DNA from: a virus
DNA: 64,000 nt
Reading direction: 5' to 3' (one strand)
IMG/VR virus record: IMGVR_UViG_3300004241_000002
The position numbers and the translations under genes were made by a program. Of the stretch, positions 1 to 8,052 are shown piece by piece. Position 1 is the first letter of the stretch. Each line of letters begins with the position of its first letter. Below the pieces are notes generated by a model. That model searched no databases. It was given only the letters and a program-made list of their open reading frames with translations, and was not told the DNA's origin.

Positions 1-1102
1 TGTAAAATCAGAGATATTTGACGAAGAAGAATATCCTAACTGGACTATGATACTATATGATACAAAAAGAAATCAAGTAATGATTAACAGTACTTTATTT
101 TCTTTATTATATGAAAATCTTGATATGAACTTCCAAAAGTATGGAATATTTTATCAGAGAGAATGTTCTATTCTTGCTGAATCAGAAGATTTCTTCTTAT
201 ATTATTTAGTATCGAGATCCTACTCAAGAATACCATTTACAATAAATGAATATGAAAAGGAACAATTGCTTCTCATATCATATAACAATTACAAAACAAT
301 TTGGAAAGAAACACTATCCTTAACACTACAAAACAAAATATTCTTTAAATTATTCTTTAATAAGATAATAGGGAGAATTATTATGTTAATAGTAGTGAAA
401 AGATTCTTAAAGCGATTTAAACTATTTAAAAAAATAGTTGTACTAGGATTAATTACTGATCCTATACTAGCGGAAGTATCAGAAAAACTTAGAAGTAAGA
501 AAGTATTTAATACATATGGCGAAACTAGTAGTTTAATGGCTACTGGTATGTCACAGAAACCAGGACATATATCTATAATACCTGGTCTTTCTACAGCTTC
601 TATCTCATTAAAGGAAAGCTCAAAGAATTTTAGGATTCTTTCTAAAGATAATGATGTAAATACATTTGATAGAGTATCAAACGTTATGTTATCTTTTCGA
701 ACAAATAACTTATTATTAAACGTAATAAGCGATTCGTTATTTATAATAAATGGTGATTATGCAAAATTCCTAGGACACGCTTTTACAAATGGAGTATGCC
801 CTATACATATTGAATCAATTTTTAACTCATTCCCATTTATCAAGGATTCTGCTTTAGTATTATGGAAAGGAAACTATCATCTTTTATTAGATGTAGATGA
901 GGCAATACTTGAAGCAAATAACATCAACTACGTGTTCTTTAATAAGATTATGAAAGGACAAGTAGATAAAATGAATGAACTTGTATTGCCAAAAGCGATA
1001 CAAATAAAAACTTTTGGACAAGTCCCATGTTCTGTGCCTAACTATAACAGACTGGGCCTATTAAATAAAGATTTTCTATATAATGTAGAATTCATTGTTT
1101 GA
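1..1102 (+). CDS. hypothetical protein, 5' end probably outside window
   Basis: The frame of the listed 47..1102 ORF stays open back to nt 2. Stop is TGA at 1100-1102, followed by TAG TAG. Faint, from-memory resemblance to the C-terminal half of adenylate-forming (ANL) enzymes: NTYGETSS (YGxTE-like), IINGDYAKF, IHIESIF..FPFIKDSALV. No clear terminal catalytic Lys. Confidence 0.5.
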   Translation, partial: VKSEIFDEEEYPNWTMILYDTKRNQVMINSTLFSLLYENLDMNFQKYGIFYQRECSILAESEDFFLYYLVSRSYSRIPFTINEYEKEQLLLISYNNYKTIWKETLSLTLQNKIFFKLFFNKIIGRIIMLIVVKRFLKRFKLFKKIVVLGLITDPILAEVSEKLRSKKVFNTYGETSSLMATGMSQKPGHISIIPGLSTASISLKESSKNFRILSKDNDVNTFDRVSNVMLSFRTNNLLLNVISDSLFIINGDYAKFLGHAFTNGVCPIHIESIFNSFPFIKDSALVLWKGNYHLLLDVDEAILEANNINYVFFNKIMKGQVDKMNELVLPKAIQIKTFGQVPCSVPNYNRLGLLNKDFLYNVEFIV

Positions 1103-2448
1103 TAGTAGAGACGTTAGTTGCCGTCAATAATTAGTATAATGAGTAGATCTACCGGAGATTGCTGATACATTAGAAAATAATACGGGTTACACACATTGAC
1201 GCACTGAACAGTACATTTAATAATCTATACTACTAATAATTTTATAGGTGTAAGGGACAGCAAATCTCTTAGATAATGTACAACATGCTGTGCTGATGTT
1301 AACATAATGTTAACTAAACGCAATAGACTTTGCCTATGTGTCTTCTAATTGCATAAATTATACTCGTGACGAACAGGGTGGAATTCCCAATGAAAAATAC
1401 ATTGTCTCTAAGTCACAGACTAGGTTGCTATGCTAGAAATGAGAGCAAAACCTATCAAAGGTAAAGGCATCGTGTTTGTATTACGAAAGTATATGCCAAA
1501 CTACACGTAAAAATAAGTTTTAGGTACGACTACCAGTAACCAAATCTGGGTTGAATAAAAAAGCTAGGATCTGACCCCTTCTTAACAAAGGAATAACTAG
1601 TGAGATGTCGAAAAATTATTGGAAAGTATTAAACTTATTGGTAAATTGGGTGCTATAATCAAATAGCTTCGAGGTTGAAATCCTCCACGCGTATCCAAGA
1701 GAGGCCGTTAACAGCCGTAGTGCAAAGGGGCCCAATCGCTTAAAAGTACAGTAGCTAGAAACTGTATTTGATAGTCACTAAGTTAATTAATATTGGAAAA
1801 TAATGCTTTATCGGGTTTAATGTTTTAGATTAAATATGTTAGACTGCACAGATAATATATTGGCGTAAAATAGGAATATATTACAGCAAGTGACATCGAA
1901 GAATATTAAACAAGCCGAACTGAGTCGGATAGTATACTCAGAAACGCAACTAATGATATATTTGTGAAACATTTTATATAAAGAAGTGCGAAACAAGTTC
2001 GGTAAATCATTTCTTACTGGAACTGACTAGTGTGAAAACTGTTAGCTCTATATCTACAACAGATGTAGTGAAAGTAGGGAGGTTTGAGGCCCGTCTAGTA
2101 GTAGCTGCTGATGTGAAAGTCAGATTACGCGTGTCGTTAAAATTATTTTTTGTATAAAGGGAGTAATAAATATGGAGGTGGAGCAAGGATCAATATAGAA
2201 ATATATTTGCCAGCTAAAATTATGCATGTTTATTGAAAAAACAAAACTCTACTGCTATCGTAAGCTAGTACATTGATACTTAATTACCATGTCAATAGCT
2301 GTAGAGTGAGCAAACAAAACCTTATGGTGAGTATATGCTCATCTAAAAGCAACAGAGAGAAAGGAAAAGTGTTTTACTTGTCTGACGATGAGATTGCATT
2401 TCTCGTTTGTTTATCACTCTACTTATTTTTTAATTAATAACCACTTAA
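1103..2448 (+). other. ORF-free, hairpin-rich region with G+C islands; candidate large structured ncRNA or regulatory/origin region
   Basis: No ORF of 60 aa or more on either strand across 1346 nt, while neighbouring genes are packed or overlapping. Local G+C islands (35/60 G+C at 1681-1740 by my count). T-arm-like GAGG-TTGAAAT-CCTC at 1671-1685. Four GTGAAA motifs at 1964-2118. Nested-helix element plus T-run at 2301-2431. Strand inferred only from the T-run and flanking gene orientation. Confidence 0.35.
2301..2431 (+). terminator. long closing helix (9 bp + 7 bp) enclosing two hairpins, followed by a T6 run; terminator-like end of the ORF-free region
   Basis: GTAGAGTGA (2301-2309) pairs with TCACTCTAC (2414-2422). 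AAACAAA (2312-2318) pairs with TTTGTTT (2406-2412). Inner hairpins at 2328-2341 and 2390-2404. T-run at 2426-2431. Confidence 0.4.
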
Positions 2449-2889
2449 ATGAAAACAAATTACTATTTTGAGTTACTAACAAACTGTAGTCCTATAGTAA
2501 AAGGTGGTGAATTAATTAAAGATTCGAATGTAGGAGGAATAAAGAATACATACAATGTTTATAAAGTTTATAGTATATTTACTGTAAGCTTATATAAGCG
2601 TCATTTGGGTAAAGTCATTCTACTAAGACCATATAAATCAATATGGAATAAAAGAATGTCAAGGTTACCAAAAATTTATTGGGGTAAGGATCCCATTTTT
2701 ATTAATATGTGGTTATTGTTAACAAAGGATTATGATAAACTAAATGTTTCATTTGGTTCAACGAGTGTATTGATGTATGAAAGCACCACCCAAACTAAAA
2801 CTATTAGTATATTAAATGTACAATTCGAATCCAAATTAATAAAGAAATTCCTAAAAACAAATCAATCCTTTAGTATAAATCAAAAATAA
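2449..2889 (+). CDS. hypothetical protein (146 aa)
   Basis: ORF only, with no recognisable motifs. Starts 17 nt after the T-run of the upstream element. Confidence 0.4.
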   Translation: MKTNYYFELLTNCSPIVKGGELIKDSNVGGIKNTYNVYKVYSIFTVSLYKRHLGKVILLRPYKSIWNKRMSRLPKIYWGKDPIFINMWLLLTKDYDKLNVSFGSTSVLMYESTTQTKTISILNVQFESKLIKKFLKTNQSFSINQK

Positions 2890-2897
2890 CTAAAATC

Positions 2898-3356
2898 ATG
2901 GCAAAGAAAAGTTTTATTTCAGCAGATGCAACAGAACAAGTTATCACAAATAACATCAAAGAACTCTTAAAAGAGGAAACAAGGAACAGAATTCCTTCAA
3001 TGTTTACTGAATCTTATATGCTTGCGGAAGCAGATGCAGAAGATGGCGTAGCTGAAGGTAAAGTCATCAATGACCTTGATGTAACAAGTTTTGCTACAAT
3101 CAAGGAGGTCTTCGTAACTTCTATTGTTTCTGTCGACAACGGAAAAGCAATAAGAGTTAACGGAGAAATCGAAATTCCACTGGAATCAGGGAGAAAAGTT
3201 TCACTCTTCGAAACTTTGTTCACAGACAAGAACGAAGCCATTGCAAGATGGGAAGATTATATGGAACAGAAACTCAAGGTTGCCCTTGACAAACAGAATG
3301 CTTACAACAATCTTGTTGGCTTCCTGAAAAATCAGATCTCAGAAAGAAACTTCTAG
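2898..3356 (+). CDS. hypothetical acidic protein (152 aa)
   Basis: ORF with visibly higher G+C than its neighbours and tight spacing to the flanking genes. The antisense ORF 3014..3241 is judged a shadow. Confidence 0.6.
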   Translation: MAKKSFISADATEQVITNNIKELLKEETRNRIPSMFTESYMLAEADAEDGVAEGKVINDLDVTSFATIKEVFVTSIVSVDNGKAIRVNGEIEIPLESGRKVSLFETLFTDKNEAIARWEDYMEQKLKVALDKQNAYNNLVGFLKNQISERNF

Positions 3357-3357
3357 T

Positions 3358-3930
3358 ATGAAAAAATTACTAGGTATTTTTCTGATAAGTATTTTGAGTT
3401 TGTTTTTAATACAAGCTCAAGATAATACATCTAAATCTTATGCTGTTTCAGCAGGTGACACTGTGACCGTAACAGTAAAGACTACAGATGTGAATCTTCC
3501 TATTAAGGATACCAAAATGATCTATGATCAAATTGATAGACTTAAGGAATCAAACAAACTAGAATATGATGCTATGATTAGTAAACTAAATTTAGTAAAC
3601 AGTAAAATTGATAATATTGTTTACAAAGAAAGTGATGCTAAAATAGAATATATAGCAGCAAATTTTGGTATGACAGAGAAAGATATAACTAATACAATTC
3701 GACGAAGTAGCGCATTTACAATAATTGCATGCATCATTCCTATAGTACTATTATTCTCTGTATGGTGGAAATTATATAAGTTCCGACAACTAGAAGCCAG
3801 TAATGCCTTAATATGGGTGATACTGATGCTAGTTGTTGCACTCGTTACTGGGTTTCTTATCAAATTTACACTTGAACATCTATTTAATCAAGACATGGCC
3901 GTCTTGACACATCTACAAAACTTATTGTGA
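3358..3930 (+). CDS. putative membrane protein (N-terminal signal/anchor plus two C-terminal TM segments)
   Basis: MKKLLGIFLISILSLFLIQA hydrophobic leader. C-terminal hydrophobic stretches FTIIACIIPIVLLFSVWW and LIWVILMLVVALVTGFLI. Confidence 0.6.
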   Translation: MKKLLGIFLISILSLFLIQAQDNTSKSYAVSAGDTVTVTVKTTDVNLPIKDTKMIYDQIDRLKESNKLEYDAMISKLNLVNSKIDNIVYKESDAKIEYIAANFGMTEKDITNTIRRSSAFTIIACIIPIVLLFSVWWKLYKFRQLEASNALIWVILMLVVALVTGFLIKFTLEHLFNQDMAVLTHLQNLL

Positions 3931-3937
3931 AAAAATC

Positions 3938-4504
3938 ATGTTAAGTTCAAATTTCGCTTTATCAAGACTTCTTAGAAAGAAGTTAAAAGAGGTGATACAA
4001 TATTCTGAAGACTTTTTAGGATACAAATATGTTAAGGTGAGGAGGACCGGCAAGGTCCTTCTTGCCAAAAACATATTCCAGTTTATATTTAAGCCAGTAA
4101 AGCTTAATTTAAACCAGGTATTATCTCATATAGATACACACATTGTTAATGATGTATCAATCCCTGAAAAGATTGATGTATTATATACAGCTATATTAGC
4201 GAAAAAATACAACTTAACCCAAACAAAGGAACCGTCTCTCACATTGAGAGCATTACTGCGTATGGGAGCCTTAACAGACTCTCGTTATGCTGAAGGATAT
4301 ATTAACTTAATCTATGGTTATGTAAAGGATAAATACAGTGCTAATCTATTAAGTATAATTGAAATATTAACCACGTCTAAAAACGTTGTTAGACCTTCTG
4401 CTGACAGGACTGATAAAGTTGTTATTAATGCTATACTGAGGTCTCTTAGCTTATTAAGAGCTCCTCCTAATAGAGTAACAATAGGGCTACTACGAGTAGC
4501 TTAA
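3938..4504 (+). CDS. hypothetical protein (188 aa)
   Basis: ORF only. Confidence 0.5.
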   Translation: MLSSNFALSRLLRKKLKEVIQYSEDFLGYKYVKVRRTGKVLLAKNIFQFIFKPVKLNLNQVLSHIDTHIVNDVSIPEKIDVLYTAILAKKYNLTQTKEPSLTLRALLRMGALTDSRYAEGYINLIYGYVKDKYSANLLSIIEILTTSKNVVRPSADRTDKVVINAILRSLSLLRAPPNRVTIGLLRVA

Positions 4505-4516
4505 AACAAATTAAAA

Positions 4517-4560
4517 AGATGGGTGGTAGTCTATAAGGGCTACCATCTATCTTATTTTTG
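4517..4560 (+). terminator. hairpin plus T-run after the 3938..4504 gene
   Basis: AGATGG...GGTAG / CTACC ATCT pairing (4517-4548), followed by CTTATTTTTG. Confidence 0.45.
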
Positions 4561-4705
4561 ATAACCTAATATACCTACTTTAACAAACACTTTCAGTAAC
4601 TTTACAAATCTTTTACCGTAAATAAAGAACCAATCTTAATCAAGCTTTTGGAAAAGTTAGTATATCAACTAAAGAGATATACAAATATGAACCAAATCTT
4701 TAATT

Positions 4706-5350
4706 ATGAAGAAGCTTTTAATAGCTTTTTCTGTGTTAATTCTAACAACTTTAAATAGTTATGCTCCTACTTATGATAAAGAGTATATAGAAAATACAGA
4801 AAAGTTAACAAAAGTGGTAAACATTAGTAAAGAGCTGGATATAAATGAGATAGGAATATCAAATATACCATTAAATCCTTTTATTGATTTAAACAATGAA
4901 CAGGAATTTAAACTTTCAAGTAAATATGGTTATAGAATGCATCCTATACTAAAAGCAGTTTTACTGCATAAAGGTATAGATGTTATTGTTGAAAAAAACG
5001 AACCTATTTTAGCATCTGGTTCAGGTCAAGTAATAAAAACTGGATACTCCAAATTCGGGTACGGTAATCACGTGATTATCAAACATAATGATGAATATAG
5101 TACATTATACGCCCATCTAAACGATATCAATGTAAAAGAAGGAGATTATGTACATTATGGAGATGTAGTCGGCTTAGGCGGACAAACAGGCCTCGTATGG
5201 GGTAAAAGCTGTCATCTTCATTTTGAATTAAGAAAGAACAATACTGCGATTGATCCTCTTAAATTCATAGGAGCAAAAACTGGTGAAGAATTTGCTTATA
5301 AAATGTATCAATTAAAGGAAACCAACGACTATTTATTTGGAGTAAGTTAA
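4706..5350 (+). CDS. secreted M23-family (LytM-like) metallopeptidase
   Basis: Signal-like N-terminus MKKLLIAFSVLILTTLNSYA. M23 motifs HKGIDV, GNHVIIKH..YAHL and HLHFEL. Confidence 0.8.
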   Translation: MKKLLIAFSVLILTTLNSYAPTYDKEYIENTEKLTKVVNISKELDINEIGISNIPLNPFIDLNNEQEFKLSSKYGYRMHPILKAVLLHKGIDVIVEKNEPILASGSGQVIKTGYSKFGYGNHVIIKHNDEYSTLYAHLNDINVKEGDYVHYGDVVGLGGQTGLVWGKSCHLHFELRKNNTAIDPLKFIGAKTGEEFAYKMYQLKETNDYLFGVS

Positions 5351-5390
5351 TAGAGTTACAGGCACTCTAAGAATAAACAAATCAATTAAC

Positions 5391-5945
5391 ATGAATTTCG
5401 CAGAAAAAACTTTTAAACTTGAAAAACTAATTGATGTAAAGTCTGGTATTGAAGAATTTATTAAACTAAAGATAGATGAAAAGTCTAAATTATTATACTC
5501 GAAAGAGTATTCAGTTGATAAAGACAAAGATATAGACGATACTATTGCCACGTTGGATGAACAACTTGTAGAAGTTAAGTTGGCTATCCAAATAGCAAAT
5601 ACTAATGAGAAACACGAAGACGGTAATACAAACAATCATTACATATATTTGTTATCCTCATTAAACAGAAGATTAGCAATGTTACGTGAATTAGAAAAAA
5701 GGGGAGAAAATCATCTCTTTTTATTTTCTAAAGAAACGACAAAAGGCCCTAATGCGGCCCATAACAAAAAATTACGTGAGCGTCTTACTACAAAGAAAGA
5801 AGCTGAAAAACGTATGAAAGAAATTGCTAATGAAATTGTAAAAATTGAAACTTCTATTTCAGAAATAAAACCAAAACTAACAGAATTTAACAAACGTGTC
5901 GAAACGAAGGTTAAAGTTTTTGAAGGACTTGAAAAATTCTTTTAA
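5391..5945 (+). CDS. hypothetical coiled-coil protein (184 aa)
   Basis: ORF rich in heptad-like K/E. The segment LAIQIANTN...LLSSLNRRLAMLRELEK faintly recalls the DIP1984/septicolysin-like family from memory; not verified. Confidence 0.5.
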   Translation: MNFAEKTFKLEKLIDVKSGIEEFIKLKIDEKSKLLYSKEYSVDKDKDIDDTIATLDEQLVEVKLAIQIANTNEKHEDGNTNNHYIYLLSSLNRRLAMLRELEKRGENHLFLFSKETTKGPNAAHNKKLRERLTTKKEAEKRMKEIANEIVKIETSISEIKPKLTEFNKRVETKVKVFEGLEKFF

Positions 5946-6006
5946 TCTGAAATAATAATTATATTAGTAGGGTTTGTGATGTATTAGTTCCCAGGTTAGG
6001 AGCCAG

Positions 6007-8037
6007 GTGATGACGATACTAAATCAAGCCCTGCTATTTTTATCGACATACATGAAAAGTTTTGAACTATCAGATAACTTTATAAAGAAATATAAATCAA
6101 TAGATCCAGGATTTGGATTTAATGGTTTAGGGGAGATTACATTTTACCGTACATACTCCAGACAAAAAGAAGACGGTGTTAATGAACAATGGTATGAAGT
6201 AGTACGTAGAGTAGTAGAAGGTTCGTTCTCTATGCAAAAGAATCATATCACAGAATACAATCTTGGTTGGGATGAGAACAAAGCTCAAATACAAGCACAA
6301 GAGATGTATGAAAGAATCTTTAAAATGAAATTCTTACCTAGTGGTAGATCATTATGGGTAATGGGCACAGATGCTATATATAACAAAGGTCTATATGCTG
6401 CACTTAATGCATGTTCATTTGTATCTACAAAAGATATTAGTAAAGAACTTACTAAACCTTTTGAGTATATGATGGATATGTCCATGTTAGGTTGTGGTGT
6501 AGGCTTTGATATAAAAGGTGAAAACCAATTGCTTATAAGAAAACCTAAAGGTGAATTTCAATATGCTATACCTGACACAAGAGAAGGTTGGGTAGAATCT
6601 CTAAAGTTCTTGCTCGAAGCATACTTTATAGGTTCTTCATTACCTATATTTGATTATAGTTTATTAAGATTAAAAGGTGTACCAATAAAGACTTTTGGTG
6701 GTAAATCATCAGGTCCAGAACCTTTAATCAAATTACATCTTCAAATTATAGAAAAATTAAATAAAAGAATAGGCGAAAAATTAACTGCAACAGATATTAC
6801 AGATATAATGAACCAAATAGGTTGTTGTGTAGTAGCAGGTAATGTTCGCAGATCAGCTCAAATTGCATTAGGTAATCCTACAGATGAATACCTTAAACTT
6901 AAGGACTATTCATGGGATAACTTCAATATGAGATATGTTGGTTCTAACTCTAAAAGAGCAGAATGGGGATGGACTTCAAATAATACAGTATTTTCTACAA
7001 TAGGAGATGATTACACAAAGTTAGCAGAACAAGTATCTGTTAATGGTGAACCTGGTTTCTTTTGGATTGATAATACTCATAATTATGCTCGTATGAATGG
7101 TGTAGTAGATACTACAGATAATAGAGCAGAAGGCACCAATCCATGTGGTGAACAGCCACTTGAGTCATATGAAATGTGTTGCTTAGTTGAAACATTTCCT
7201 ACAAGACATGACAATCTTGAAGATTTCTTAAAGACATTAAAATATGCATACTTATTTGCTAAGACTGTTACATTAGGTAAGAGTCATTGGGCAGAAACTA
7301 ATAGGGTACAAATGCGTAATAGACGTATAGGTACATCTATAAGCGGTATAGCACAATTCATTGGCACTAACGGTGTTGAAGAATTAAGGAAATGGCTTGA
7401 AGCAGGTTATACTACAATTAAGAAATACGATCAAATATATTCAGATTGGTTATGTGTACCTCGTTCTATACGAGTAACATCTGTAAAACCATCTGGTACA
7501 GTTAGCTTATTAGCAGGTGTAACACCTGGTGTACATTTTCCAGAAAGTACATATTATATAAGGAGAATACGTTTCTCTACTAACTCATCGTTACTAAAAA
7601 CAATTAAGAATGCCAACTACAATATTGAAAAAGACTTAGATGATCCAGATCATACAGTTGTAGTAGAAATACCAGTAGAAGTTAAGAATTGTAAAACAAT
7701 TGATGATACTAATATTTGGGAGCAGTTAGCCATAACAGCATTTCTACAAAAATATTGGGCAGACAATCAGGTATCCTCAACAGTTACATTTAAACCTTGG
7801 GAAAAAGACCAAATTAAAACAGCATTAGACTATTACCAATATCAATTGAAACTTATTAGTTTTCTTCCAAAGACAGATAGCAAGATCTATCCTCAAATAC
7901 CATATGAAAAAATTAGCAAAAAGGAATATGAAGAAAAAGTAAGTGTAATTAAACCTGAATTATTAAGGTTTGATAAGGTAACAGATAAAGCTGAACCAGA
8001 ATTATACTGTACCAATGATACATGTACAATTAAATAA
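6007..8037 (+). CDS. ribonucleotide reductase, class II (adenosylcobalamin-dependent, NrdJ-like) large chain
   Basis: NACSF cysteine, NPCGEQ active-site loop (Asn-x-Cys-x-Glu), KPSGTVS, and a C-terminal CTNDTC cysteine pair. No glycyl-radical motif. The true start may be ATG 6052 (MKSFELS). Confidence 0.75.
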   Translation: MMTILNQALLFLSTYMKSFELSDNFIKKYKSIDPGFGFNGLGEITFYRTYSRQKEDGVNEQWYEVVRRVVEGSFSMQKNHITEYNLGWDENKAQIQAQEMYERIFKMKFLPSGRSLWVMGTDAIYNKGLYAALNACSFVSTKDISKELTKPFEYMMDMSMLGCGVGFDIKGENQLLIRKPKGEFQYAIPDTREGWVESLKFLLEAYFIGSSLPIFDYSLLRLKGVPIKTFGGKSSGPEPLIKLHLQIIEKLNKRIGEKLTATDITDIMNQIGCCVVAGNVRRSAQIALGNPTDEYLKLKDYSWDNFNMRYVGSNSKRAEWGWTSNNTVFSTIGDDYTKLAEQVSVNGEPGFFWIDNTHNYARMNGVVDTTDNRAEGTNPCGEQPLESYEMCCLVETFPTRHDNLEDFLKTLKYAYLFAKTVTLGKSHWAETNRVQMRNRRIGTSISGIAQFIGTNGVEELRKWLEAGYTTIKKYDQIYSDWLCVPRSIRVTSVKPSGTVSLLAGVTPGVHFPESTYYIRRIRFSTNSSLLKTIKNANYNIEKDLDDPDHTVVVEIPVEVKNCKTIDDTNIWEQLAITAFLQKYWADNQVSSTVTFKPWEKDQIKTALDYYQYQLKLISFLPKTDSKIYPQIPYEKISKKEYEEKVSVIKPELLRFDKVTDKAEPELYCTNDTCTIK

Positions 8038-8052
8038 ATCAAACTATTAAAT

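Noticed and set aside
1652-1700. Possible tRNA gene (T-arm-like GAGG-TTGAAAT-CCTC with an upstream stem-loop and a downstream TCCA)
   Set aside because: There is no complementary 5' acceptor strand within 100 nt, no D-arm, a 6-nt rather than 7-nt anticodon-like loop, and a very short variable region. No other T-loop-like sequence occurs in the 1.35-kb region, so it is not a tRNA array.
1986-2125. Group II intron signatures (GTGCG at 1986-1990; a hairpin with a GTGAAA loop at 2107-2125 recalling domain V)
   Set aside because: The hairpin lacks the conserved AGC-containing lower stem and the two-nucleotide bulge of domain V. No reverse transcriptase ORF is present and no interrupted host gene is evident.
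1686-2133. Circularly permuted (two-piece) tmRNA, suggested by the T-arm plus acceptor-like strand lying upstream of its complement
   Set aside because: The sequence after 2133 lacks the tmRNA 5' features I remember. I found no tag-like reading frame ending in Ala-Ala-stop. The intervening segment is far longer than in known permuted ssrA genes. It is kept only as a long-range pairing observation.
1957-2209. Bacteroides-type -7 promoter elements TAnnTTTG (TATATTTG at 1957-1964 and 2202-2209)
   Set aside because: No TTTG -33 element lies at the expected spacing. This short AT-rich motif is expected many times by chance in a genome of about 30% G+C.
4605-4701. Three copies of CAA(A)TCTT(T) (4605, 4631, 4693) upstream of the M23 peptidase gene, as possible iterons or an operator
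   Set aside because: The copies are short, AT-rich and irregularly spaced (26 and 62 nt). Chance occurrence in this composition cannot be excluded.
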